A stretch of 64,000 nucleotides of DNA from an uncultured delta proteobacterium (lineage in GTDB: Bacteria > Desulfobacterota > WTBG01), in assembly GCA_963793865.1 (NCBI GenBank), contig CAWCBP010000008.1, positions 416,001 to 480,000 of the forward strand, written 5' to 3'. Below, in pieces: positions 48,286 through 57,746 of this stretch. The translations under genes were made by a program, and so were the position numbers. Each line of letters opens with the position of its first letter. Within the stretch, counting starts at the first letter, position 1. The notes beneath the pieces were generated by a model. The model worked only from the letters and a program-made list of their open reading frames with translations, searched no databases and was not told the DNA's origin.

Positions 48286-51200
48286 AGGGTGCGAGCACGA
48301 CCGCGTTGCAGAAGATCAAGCGTAAGGCGCTGAAAGGGCTTTTCCCTTCCCGGCCGAGAATTGCGGTGGGCCTGGGGAGCTGCGGAATCGCCGCCGGTGC
48401 GGATGCCGTGTATGCCGCGTTCCAGCAGCAGGTAAAAAAGAAGAAGCTCGATGCCCTGGTTACTAAAACAGGATGTCTGGGCTTTTGCGGGGAGGAGCCG
48501 CTGGTTAATGTATTCCTGCCCCGCCGTCCGCTGGTGGTGTTTAACCGGGTCACCGCGGATGATGTCCGCTCCATTGCCGCCGAGCTGTCACAGGGCAGAT
48601 TATACGAGAAGAAGATATTCTGCAAAATAGAGAAGGCGGATAATTTCATCCAGCCCGGGGGCATCGTGTTCGGCACCGGCTTTCCCCGGATTCCCCACTC
48701 ACACGAGATACCCTTCTACAGCAAGCAGAAGAAGATCGTGCTGCGGGAGAGCGGCCTGATCAACCCGGAAAGCATCGAGGAATACATCGGGGTGGGGGGA
48801 TACGCGACCGCCCTGAAGGTGCTCACCGGCATGACCCCCGACGCGGTGCTCAAGACGGTCGGCGACGCGGGTCTGCGCGGCAGGGGCGGGGCGGGTTTTC
48901 CCACCGCCACCAAGTGGGGCATCGCCCGCAATGTGAAGAGCGACAAGAAATATATCATCTGCAATGCCGACGAGGGTGATCCCGGCGCCTACATGAACCG
49001 CAACGAAATGGAGAGCGATCCCCACATGCTGCTGGAGGGGATGATCATCGGGGCTTTTGCCATCGGCGCTGATGAGGGGATCATCTACGCGCGCACCGAG
49101 TATCCCCTGGCCATCGAGCGCATCCAGACCGCCATTGATCAGGCGCGCAGCCATGGGCTTTTGGGAAAAAATATCGCTGACGGGTTCAGTTTCGATATTC
49201 ACATCGTCTGCGGCGCCGGCGCCTTTGTCTGCGGCGAGGAAACCGCCCTCATTGCCTCAATCGAAGGGCACTCCGGGCGGCCCCGTCCCCGGCCGCCGTT
49301 TCCGGCGGTGAGCGGGCTCAACGGGAAGCCGACCATCATCAACAATGTTGAGACCTGGTGCAATATCCCGGTGATTATGGCCAGGGGGGCGGCGTGGTTC
49401 AATGCCACCGGAACGGAGGACTGCAAGGGAACCAAGGTCTTCTCGCTGGTGGGGAAGGTCGCGCGGGTGGGCCTGGTTGAAGTCCCCATGGGGATCAGCT
49501 TAAAAGAGATCATCTATGAAATGGGCGGCGGCGGCATCAAGGATAAGCGCATCAAGGCGGTGCAAACCGGCGGCCCTTCCGGCGGCTGCATTCCCGCCTC
49601 CCTTTTTAACAACAAGGTCGATTATGAGAGCCTTAAAAAGATCGGCTCCATCATGGGATCCGGCGGCATGGTGGTGATGGACGAGGATTCCTGCATGGTG
49701 GACATCACCAAGTATTTCCTCTCCTTTACCCAGGAGGAATCCTGCGGCAAGTGCGTCCCCTGCCGGAGGGGTCTGGAGCAGATGCTGGTCATACTCGAGG
49801 AAATCACCAAGGGAAGAGGCGAGCTGCGGCACCTTACCGAGCTGGAAGAACTGGCAAAGGTCATTTCCACCGCCTCACTCTGCGGGCTGGGCCAGACGGC
49901 GCCTAATCCCGTGCTCACCGCCCTCCGCTACTTCCGGGACGAATATGAGGAGCACATCATCCAGAAGCGGTGCCGCGCCGGGGTATGCGACGCCCTCTTT
50001 CTGGCGCCCTGTGAAAACAAGTGCCCGCTGCACATGAACGCCCCGGGCTTTATTCAGCTGATGAAGGAAGAACGCCTGGAGGACGCCTACCGGCTTATCC
50101 TGGAAGACAATCCCCTGCCCGCGGTCTGCGGCAGGGTCTGCCACCATCCCTGCGAGGCAAAATGCCGGCGGGGTGAGGTTGATGACCCGGTTGCCATCAG
50201 GCAGATACGGCGCTTTATCTCGGACTATCGCTATGAGCACATCGCCGCGTCCCGGCTGAAGCCCAAAGCGGTATTTCCCGACACCAAAAAGAAGATTGCC
50301 ATCATCGGCGCCGGGCCGGCAGGCCTTACCGCCGCTTACTATCTTGCGCGCCTGGGCCACCGGGTGACCATTTTTGAGGCGCAGCCGGAAGCGGGGGGGA
50401 TGCTGCACTACGCCATACCCGAGTTCAGGCTTCCCAAGGCGGTTCTGCGGAGGGAAATCGACCAGATCCGTGACCTGGGGGTTGAGTTCAGGTACAACCA
50501 GCGGGTCGGGAAGGACATCACCCTCAAGGAGATTATGGCCGGGAAATTCAGCGCGCTCTATATTGCCACCGGCGCTCATGAAGACATGAAGCTGGACGTC
50601 CCCGGCGAGGAACTGCAGGGGGTCCATCCGGGCATGAAGTTTTTGCGGGATGTGGCCATGGGCAGGCCTCCGGTCATGGGCAAAGAGGTGGTGGTGGTGG
50701 GCGGCGGCAATGTGGCCATCGACTGCGCCCGGGTGCTGCTCCGCCTCGGCGCGAACGTCACCATCCTCTACCGCAGGGTCAAGGAGGAGATGCCCGCGCT
50801 CAAGGAAGAGATACATGAGGCGGAAATAGAAGGGGTGCAGTTCACGTTCCTGGGCGCGCCCCACGCGGTCAAGGGCACGGGCGGCAGGGTGAGCGGCATT
50901 GAGGTCATGCAGATGCGCATGGGAGCCTATGATATCGCCGGAAGAATCACACCCGAGCCCACGGGGAAAACCCGTCTGCTGAAGTGTGACGCAGTGGTTA
51001 CCGCAATCGGCGGACGGCCTGACACCGGGTTCTTAAAGAAGCTCAAGGTTAACATCGCCAGAAACGGAACGGTGGGAGTGGATACCTACACCTTTCAGAC
51101 CGCAGCCGACAGCGTTTACGCGGGCGGGGACGTGGTGACCGGCCCCAACACCGTGACCGATGCCATGGGGCACGGCAAAACCTTTGCCAGGATCATTGAT

Positions 51201-51434
51201 GCCCGTCTCATGGGGGAGGGCCGGTTTGATAAGCTCAAAAAGAGCATACCCTACTCCATGGAGGTTTCGGTGGAACCGCAGGGCGGCAAACGGCACACCG
51301 TTGAGTGTCGCACCTTCAGCGACTACAAAGGCAATGTTGAGGAAGTGTCACCTACCTATACGCGGGAACAGGCAGTGGCGGAGACGGTTCGATGCCTCCG
51401 GTGCGATGTTAAGGGAGAGGATGAAGAGGAATAA
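48282..51434 (+). CDS. NuoF/HydB-like NADH-FMN subunit fused to a GltD/NfnB-like FAD-NADP(H) domain
   Basis: GRGGAGFP, NADEGDPGAYM, CGEET, GGPSGG, CGKCVPC..CGLG; then CENKCP..CGRVCHHPCE, GAGPAG, GGGNVAID..YRR, RCLRC. Confidence 0.92.
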   Translation: MKGASTTALQKIKRKALKGLFPSRPRIAVGLGSCGIAAGADAVYAAFQQQVKKKKLDALVTKTGCLGFCGEEPLVNVFLPRRPLVVFNRVTADDVRSIAAELSQGRLYEKKIFCKIEKADNFIQPGGIVFGTGFPRIPHSHEIPFYSKQKKIVLRESGLINPESIEEYIGVGGYATALKVLTGMTPDAVLKTVGDAGLRGRGGAGFPTATKWGIARNVKSDKKYIICNADEGDPGAYMNRNEMESDPHMLLEGMIIGAFAIGADEGIIYARTEYPLAIERIQTAIDQARSHGLLGKNIADGFSFDIHIVCGAGAFVCGEETALIASIEGHSGRPRPRPPFPAVSGLNGKPTIINNVETWCNIPVIMARGAAWFNATGTEDCKGTKVFSLVGKVARVGLVEVPMGISLKEIIYEMGGGGIKDKRIKAVQTGGPSGGCIPASLFNNKVDYESLKKIGSIMGSGGMVVMDEDSCMVDITKYFLSFTQEESCGKCVPCRRGLEQMLVILEEITKGRGELRHLTELEELAKVISTASLCGLGQTAPNPVLTALRYFRDEYEEHIIQKRCRAGVCDALFLAPCENKCPLHMNAPGFIQLMKEERLEDAYRLILEDNPLPAVCGRVCHHPCEAKCRRGEVDDPVAIRQIRRFISDYRYEHIAASRLKPKAVFPDTKKKIAIIGAGPAGLTAAYYLARLGHRVTIFEAQPEAGGMLHYAIPEFRLPKAVLRREIDQIRDLGVEFRYNQRVGKDITLKEIMAGKFSALYIATGAHEDMKLDVPGEELQGVHPGMKFLRDVAMGRPPVMGKEVVVVGGGNVAIDCARVLLRLGANVTILYRRVKEEMPALKEEIHEAEIEGVQFTFLGAPHAVKGTGGRVSGIEVMQMRMGAYDIAGRITPEPTGKTRLLKCDAVVTAIGGRPDTGFLKKLKVNIARNGTVGVDTYTFQTAADSVYAGGDVVTGPNTVTDAMGHGKTFARIIDARLMGEGRFDKLKKSIPYSMEVSVEPQGGKRHTVECRTFSDYKGNVEEVSPTYTREQAVAETVRCLRCDVKGEDEEE

Positions 51435-51477
51435 GCGAACACCGTCCTGCACGGGATTACAGGGAGAAGGAACTGCA

Positions 51478-52254
51478 ATGGTAACCATGGTTATTGACGG
51501 TACAACCTATCAGGCGGAAGCGAACCTGAACCTGCTTCAGTTCATGATCGATCACGGCATTGATGTTCCCTATCTCTGCCATCGCGAGGGGCTTACCCCT
51601 TACGGGGCCTGCAGGCTCTGCATGGTGCAGGTGGTGGCGGGAAGCAAACCGGGCATCACCACCTCGTGTACCCTGACCACCTCGGAGGGTTTGACGGTTG
51701 AAACCAAGACGCCCGAGGTGGTGCAGATCCGGAAGGTGCTGCTGGAACTTTATCTGGCTGAAGCACCGGGATCAAAAAAGATCCGGGAACTTGCCGCGCA
51801 CTACGGCGTGGACCGTACGCGGTTTGAGCGCATGGATCTCTCGGCCAAGGGGGACCGCTGTGTCCTCTGCGGATTATGCCTCCGGGTCTGCTCGGAGCTT
51901 CTGGATGTGGGCGCAATTCATTATTCCGGGCGCGGCAAGCACACCAGCGTCAATACCCCCTGGTATCAGCCGTCAGCCGTTTGCATCGGCTGCGGCGCCT
52001 GCGAGTATGTATGTCCCGCTGACGCCGTAGACATTATCGACCAGGGTGACGAGCGGGTTATGGAGACCTGGCACAAGACCCGATTAAAGCTGAAAGAGTG
52101 CGCGGAATCAATGAAGCGCTTTGCCACGGAGCGGGTGGTAGACAGGGTGTGCGACAAGAACCGGGAACTGCTCAAGGATCTCAAGGACCTAAGCCCGGAT
52201 GCCCGACGGCGGAAAAAGGCCTCCCAGTTCATTTTCGGCGCCAAGCGCGATTGA
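51478..52254 (+). CDS. NuoG/HydA N-terminal-like FeS subunit ([2Fe-2S] + 2x[4Fe-4S])
   Basis: PYLC..GACRLC..TSC, CVLCGLC..VC, CIGCGAC..VCP; no catalytic domain. Confidence 0.9.
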   Translation: MVTMVIDGTTYQAEANLNLLQFMIDHGIDVPYLCHREGLTPYGACRLCMVQVVAGSKPGITTSCTLTTSEGLTVETKTPEVVQIRKVLLELYLAEAPGSKKIRELAAHYGVDRTRFERMDLSAKGDRCVLCGLCLRVCSELLDVGAIHYSGRGKHTSVNTPWYQPSAVCIGCGACEYVCPADAVDIIDQGDERVMETWHKTRLKLKECAESMKRFATERVVDRVCDKNRELLKDLKDLSPDARRRKKASQFIFGAKRD

Positions 52255-52507
52255 GGCAAAGCGTGATTTGCGAATAGATTATACCCCCTCACCCTAACCC
52301 TCTCCCCGCCGGGTAGAGGGAATCGACGGGTTTCATTCATTTCATAAAAGGAAGAGAGAATCAATTTATACCCCCTCGCCCCCTTGGGGGAGAGGGATGG
52401 GGTGAGGGGAAATAACCCCATCGATTTTCATGCTTCGCGAAGCCCCGAAAGGTCGTGGGTATTTAAAACAGTTTCCCTGATGAATTTATTCGGATGGAGG
52501 AATGCGT

Positions 52508-52636
52508 ATGAAGCAATGGAGATGTACAACCTGCGGTTATATTCACACCGGAGACGTCCCGCCTGATCCATGCCCGGTGTGCAAGAAGACCCAGGCGATG
52601 AAACCGGGACCGCTGTTTGTGGAAGTCAAACAATAG
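52508..52636 (+). CDS. Rubredoxin-like protein, 42 aa (not in the ORF track)
   Basis: GGAGG RBS; MKQWRCTTCGYIHTGDVPPDPCPVCKKTQAMKPGPLFVEVKQ. Confidence 0.82.
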   Translation: MKQWRCTTCGYIHTGDVPPDPCPVCKKTQAMKPGPLFVEVKQ

Positions 52637-52739
52637 CGGGGTGTGGTTGAAGGGAAATCCGGCCGGAGAGTGCCTGCATATCCGGCAGCATGGCCGGGAA
52701 GTGTCGGCATCCGCTCGTGTGGCGGACCTTTAAATCGTT

Positions 52740-53654
52740 TCAGCTGATAAACACCTCAATCTGTGCCGTCTGCTTCAGCTCATCAACATAATCCTGATAG
52801 ATTTTCTGTGCCTGATCTATTTTCATTACCTGTTCCACGTGACCCTGTATCTCCTCAAAGGGCGGGATAAACCCCTTGGGTCTGCGCGCATAGAGCTTCA
52901 CCAGGTGCACCCCTTCACGCGTTAGCACCGGCTGACTGATTTCATTCTCTTTCAGCTTGCCCACTGCCGCCTCAAGCGGGGGATAGAGCTGGCCGCGGGA
53001 CTGGAAACCCAGGTCGCCGCCCTGCGCGGCCGAATCACACTCTGAATATTTTTTTGCCAGCTCACGAAAATCAGCTTTTTGTTCCCGAATCCTCTTAAGC
53101 TTTTCCCTGGCCTTTGCAATCTCCTCATCCTCGGCGTCCGGCGGCAGCCGCAGCAGGATATGCCCGATGTCCACCGCTTCCGGCCGGGCAAACAGCTGGG
53201 TATTGTTCCGGAAGAAGCTGCTTATTTCCTTCGCGGAAATCGGCTTTTTATGCAGTTCATAGCGTTTGGAGACCAGCTTGTTGATAATCATGTCGTAGGC
53301 AAGCCTCTCCTTGTAGGTTTTGAGAGAAGCGCCGTCTTTCAGTATGTCGCTCAGAAACTCCTGGTGGGAAGCATAGTCCTTTTCTGATTCCTCCATTACC
53401 CGATCAATCTCCTTTGACGTAACCTTGATCTTCTGTCTCACCGCCTCCTGGTGGAGCACTTCGCGCTCCACCAGTTTTGCCAGCATGAATTGCCGCACAT
53501 TATGGAGCTGGTCCTTTCCAAAGACCCTGATGTCAATGCCCTGTTCTTTCAGGGACGCGCGGTAGTTTGACACCGCTTGTTCCAGCTGGGATTCATAGAG
53601 TTCCTCGGCGTTAACCTTGGCCACAATGGTGTCTTGAGGATTATCTTTAGTCAT
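52740..53654 (-). CDS. Parvulin-type PPIase with SurA-N-like domain and no signal peptide
   Basis: IVAKVN, HILL, AKKYSECDSAAQGGDLG, SQPVLTREGVHLVK. Confidence 0.85.
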   Translation of the reverse strand: MTKDNPQDTIVAKVNAEELYESQLEQAVSNYRASLKEQGIDIRVFGKDQLHNVRQFMLAKLVEREVLHQEAVRQKIKVTSKEIDRVMEESEKDYASHQEFLSDILKDGASLKTYKERLAYDMIINKLVSKRYELHKKPISAKEISSFFRNNTQLFARPEAVDIGHILLRLPPDAEDEEIAKAREKLKRIREQKADFRELAKKYSECDSAAQGGDLGFQSRGQLYPPLEAAVGKLKENEISQPVLTREGVHLVKLYARRPKGFIPPFEEIQGHVEQVMKIDQAQKIYQDYVDELKQTAQIEVFIS

Positions 53655-53856
53655 GCCTGCACTCCTGAGGTACCGGTACGTTGGTTGTCATATGTGAGTA
53701 GAGTATAAAGGTATGGTTGTCAAGTTAAAAAAAAGCAGTTTGCCACGGTGGCCTGCATAATGCTACAATTACCGCGGAGGCTCAACCCGAACCCATATTC
53801 ATCGGCATGGATGGAAAAAAGTTGCAGCCGGAACTGTGCCTGTTATCCGTACGCAT

Positions 53857-55629
53857 ATGAAGATGCTCATCCTTTTTCCGCCGGTTTGTGATCCGAGAGG
53901 CCCGCATTTGGCCCCGGCATGTCTTGCGGCTGCCCTGCGGAAAGCGGGGCATGAGGTTGAAATCTGGGACCTGGACCTGGAGCTGCTGCTGCACCTGTGC
54001 CAGCCCGGCAACCTGCAGCGCTCGCTCAAAAAGGCCGAAGAGAAAATGGCCGCAATTGACCGAAAGGGGGTGAAGGGCTACGAAGACGCCAGCTACTGGC
54101 ATTCCCTCTTTGAACTCTGCCGGTCATCTCAGAACCTTCCCCGGGAAACGAGTGATGCCATAACCGTTTTGCGGGGACAGGAATTTTATAACCGGGACCG
54201 ATTTAAATGGGCGCGAAGGAAAATAAATGAAGCCTTGCGTCTTGTTACCCTGCCGGTCCATGCGCAGATGAGCATGCGCATGGACAACCCGGCCTTTGAA
54301 ACACCATACCGCAGCGACCGCTTCTCAGATCTGCTTGACGCGGTGCGGGATGATGACTCAAACCTCTTCGGGCCTCTTTACCGGGAGCATGTGCTCCCCC
54401 GGGTCGACGGGTACCGGCCCGATGCAATCGGGATCTCGATCCTTAATTACCAGCAGATTATTCCCGGGCTGACCCTTGCGTATCAGTTGCGACAGGCCGG
54501 CCGGACCGTTTTTATCGGTGGAACCGTCTTTGTAAAACTGATCGCCGCGCTGCAGCAGGAGGGGCGATTTTTCACCTTCTGTGACGGAGTGATCGTGTAT
54601 GAGGGTGAAACCGCCCTGCTTCAGCTCATGAAAACCATGGAAGGTGGGGGCACCCTGAAGGATGTCCCCAACCTGATTTTCCCCTCCGGTGGCGCAGTTC
54701 AGACCAACGACCCCTTTCTGGTGGAAAATATAAATGAACTTCCCACTCCGGACTTTGACGGGCTGCCGCTCATGAGCTATCTGGCCCCCCGCGCGGTGCT
54801 TCCCTATAATCTGGGGAAGGGTTGTTACTGGGGGAAATGCTGTTTCTGTGACATACCCTACAGCAATATGATCGCTGACAATGGGTACAGGGTAAAAAGC
54901 GTGCGATTGATCGTTGATCAGCTCGAAGAACTCTCGCTCAAATATAAAACCCCCTATTTTCAATTTACCGATGAATCGTGTCACCCGGAGCTGCTGGCCG
55001 ATATCGCGACCGGGTTGCTTGCGAGAAAGCTCGATGTGCGGTATATCTGCTACGGCAGGTTCGAGAGGGGCTTTACACAAGAGCTGTGCCGGCATATATA
55101 CCGGGGAGGATGCAGAAAAATTCTCTTCGGGCTTGAATCAGGATGCCAGAAACGTCTTGATGCCATCAACAAGGGAATATCCGTGCAGCAGGCAGAGGCA
55201 ATTCTCAAAAACTGTGCTGCTGCCGGCATATACTACAGGGTTTTTGCCATGATCGGCCTTCCCCACGAAACGGTGGAAGAGGCGTATGAGACATTCGATT
55301 TTTTCAAGAGAAACAGGGAACTTTTTCTCTCCCCCTTCAACCATTTTGAATTCAGCCCCTTCCACCTGGACCGGCATTCCTGCCTGGGCCGTGAACCGGA
55401 ACGGTATCGTCTCCAGCTGCGGCCGGACAATGAAGCACCCTTTTCCCTGGGAGGCTGGCCTTTTCACACTGAAACGGGTATGGATCCCCGCACGGTGAAG
55501 AAGGTGTACCGGAACATAACCGGTGAACTGTATCATCTCCTCAAGGGCGATGAGAAATACAGCGGCTGGGAGGAATATTCATTGCTTACCATTGATTATC
55601 ATTCGCCTATCACCGGTGGTGTCGCATGA
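53857..55629 (+). CDS. B12-binding domain radical SAM protein
   Basis: P.LAPACLAAALRKAGH, IGISI, FIGG, GEGET-like YEGET, GCYWGKCCFC (CxxxCxxC), FGLESG. Confidence 0.88.
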   Translation: MKMLILFPPVCDPRGPHLAPACLAAALRKAGHEVEIWDLDLELLLHLCQPGNLQRSLKKAEEKMAAIDRKGVKGYEDASYWHSLFELCRSSQNLPRETSDAITVLRGQEFYNRDRFKWARRKINEALRLVTLPVHAQMSMRMDNPAFETPYRSDRFSDLLDAVRDDDSNLFGPLYREHVLPRVDGYRPDAIGISILNYQQIIPGLTLAYQLRQAGRTVFIGGTVFVKLIAALQQEGRFFTFCDGVIVYEGETALLQLMKTMEGGGTLKDVPNLIFPSGGAVQTNDPFLVENINELPTPDFDGLPLMSYLAPRAVLPYNLGKGCYWGKCCFCDIPYSNMIADNGYRVKSVRLIVDQLEELSLKYKTPYFQFTDESCHPELLADIATGLLARKLDVRYICYGRFERGFTQELCRHIYRGGCRKILFGLESGCQKRLDAINKGISVQQAEAILKNCAAAGIYYRVFAMIGLPHETVEEAYETFDFFKRNRELFLSPFNHFEFSPFHLDRHSCLGREPERYRLQLRPDNEAPFSLGGWPFHTETGMDPRTVKKVYRNITGELYHLLKGDEKYSGWEEYSLLTIDYHSPITGGVA

Positions 55630-56924
55630 CGCACAACCTGCTTGACGCGTTTGACATACGGCAGAACGGACATGAGCTCATAAGCCTGGTCGGCGCCGGC
55701 GGCAAGACCACCACCATGTTCGCGCTGGCGCGAGCGCTCAAATCCCTCCATAAGCGCGTCCTGGTCACCACCACCACCAACATATTTTATCCGGGGAAGG
55801 ACGAGTGCGACGGGGTGATCGTCAATGAGGCACCGGCGGCGGATCTGTTTCACGCCCTCCCCGGCGGGACAATCACGGTTCTGGGCGGAAACGTCGTGAA
55901 TGCGAGGAAGCTTGCAGGGGTGGATAAGAGATGTGTTGAAAAGCTGCACCGGGAGGGACTTTTCGACTGTATCCTGGTTGAATGTGACGGATCGAAGCGC
56001 AAGCCCATAAAGGCCGCCGCTCATTACGAGCCGGTGGTGCCGGACAACACCACCAGGGCCATCGGGGTCATCGGCCTGGATGCGGTGGGACAGCCGATCG
56101 ATGAAGAGCATGTGCATCGGGCGGATATTTTTTCCCGCGTGGTGGGGCGCGGCCTGGGGGAACCCCTGGATGCGCAGGCGGTGGTGGAGCTTATCTCATC
56201 GCCGCAGGGACTTTTCAAGGGTGTGCCCGAAACAAGCCCGCGCTACGTGCTGCTCAACAAGGCGGACACCGGGGAGCGGCGCGACTGGGCGGAAGCAATC
56301 ACCGCGGGATCTTTGCCATCATTACTCCGGCTCTTATAGCAGGGGCTATCGCCGAGCGGATCCGCTACCGCAGCTATGTTCTTTTCATAACCTTATGGGC
56401 ACTGGTCGTGTATTGCCCGCTCTGTCACTGGGTCTGGAGAAGGATGGTTTTCTATACAACCTGGGTGCCAAAGGTGCCATCGATTTTGCCGGCGGTACAG
56501 TGGTGCATATCTCGGCAGGTGTGAGCGCGCTGGTCGCCTCTCGATCTGGGTTCGCGGCGCGGTTATCCCAAAACCGCCATGCAGCCTAACAACCTGGTGA
56601 TGACCCTCATAGGTGCCGGACTCCTCTGGGTGGGGTGGTTTGGTTTCAATGCCGGCAGTTCCATTTCAAGCGGCCTTGATACGGCACGGTACGGTGACCC
56701 AGGCGGCTGCTGCATCGGGGGGGCTGAGCTGGATGTTCATCGAATGGCTCAAACATAGAAAGGCAACCAGCCTGGGAGTGGCAAGCGGTATCCTGGCAGG
56801 TAGTTTGCTTCAAAAAAAGGGAGCGAAGCTTGAACGCTGCGTTACCGGGGCACTGACCACCGGCACCATTTACGGGTATGCATCACTTCTAAACGGGTTT
56901 AAGAAACCGGGCGTCAGTGCTTGA
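55626..56924 (+). CDS. yqeC: Selenium cofactor protein YqeC, interrupted by an amt fragment (segments 55626-56300 and 56799-56924)
   Basis: SLVGAGGKTT, VLVTTTT, VECDGSKRKPIKA...EPV, LNKAD; plausible C-terminus SLLQKKG...RCVTGAL resumes at 56799. Confidence 0.82.
56301..56798 (+). pseudogene. amt: Internal fragment of an Amt ammonium transporter with several frameshifts
   Basis: FAIITPALIAGAIAER, YCPLCHWVW, DFAGGTVVHISAG, LLWVGWFGFNAGS, ASGILAG; no start or end of the gene. Confidence 0.85.
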
Positions 56925-57026
56925 CATTGAGTGCTAAATTCGCAATAATGGCGCACAATCGAGATGAACCGGACTGGGCTTTCTATTCGGTGTAGAACAA
57001 CAGTTGTGATGACATGAGGAGGAGCT

Positions 57027-57746
57027 ATGAGCACGGAGTATACATTTCCATTGTACGGCGAAAAGATGCAGGAGCTGATAAAGGAATTCGGGGGAACCCT
57101 GATGGAAGAATACCAGGGACATGATATAAAGCCTCTCTGGGACCAGAAGGGCGAAGGATACACGGGATACAAGTACCTCTATAAAGCGCCGAAACTTGAG
57201 AAGATAGCCCTTGGAGTCGGGGCGTTCCGCGAAAAGCTCATGTCCTATGCCCTGATGATCTGGCCTGATGACGACCATGCGCTGCCCCTCTTCTCCAGCT
57301 ACTGGGCCGACAGCGCCAAGGGAAGCTTTTTCATCCTTGACTTGTACCCCATCGCGGACTGCGTTCTCGATCTGCCGTATCTGGATAAATACCTTGCCCC
57401 GCTGGAGGATATTTATGACAAGGGCCTTGACAGTTTTCCGCCCTCCCGGGTGAGGAGCGAGAACTGGTTCAGGGTGATAAGCTCGCCCTACGTTATTACC
57501 ACCGAGGCAGAGGCCACCCCGGCAAACCGGGACAAGCTGCTCGATCTGACGGCGGATTACCTCAGAGTTTACATAGATCTCTGGAAAAAGGAACAGCCGG
57601 GTCCCGCTGAATACATGAAGGCGTTGAATGCCAGGAAGAACGCGATTCGCGCCGTCTTCCAGGCCCGGGACTCAATCGGCGATATGATGCTGACCCGGGC
57701 CATCGGGAAGGAGCTGTCGCACCTGTCGCTGATTACGCAGTTTTAG
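57027..57746 (+). CDS. Hypothetical protein resembling the ferredoxin-dependent bilin reductase / RCCR fold
   Basis: AGGAGG RBS; MIWP...LPLF...ILDLYP...SSPY...YL..Y..L...D..L...IGKE pattern; 239 aa. Confidence 0.55.
   Translation: MSTEYTFPLYGEKMQELIKEFGGTLMEEYQGHDIKPLWDQKGEGYTGYKYLYKAPKLEKIALGVGAFREKLMSYALMIWPDDDHALPLFSSYWADSAKGSFFILDLYPIADCVLDLPYLDKYLAPLEDIYDKGLDSFPPSRVRSENWFRVISSPYVITTEAEATPANRDKLLDLTADYLRVYIDLWKKEQPGPAEYMKALNARKNAIRAVFQARDSIGDMMLTRAIGKELSHLSLITQF

Noticed and set aside
49875..50864. Long antisense ORFs (also 4363-5160, 7682-8539, 38332-39195, 59785-60780)
   Set aside because: Shadow frames of high-GC genes with no recognisable motifs.
47824..52254. [FeFe]-hydrogenase, formate dehydrogenase or complex I operon
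   Set aside because: The NuoG-like subunit has no H-cluster or molybdopterin domain, and there are no membrane Nuo subunits.
56911..56937. CIRCE element upstream of the htpX region
   Set aside because: Only the right half (GAGTGCTAA) is present; there is no TTAGCACTC 9 nt upstream.
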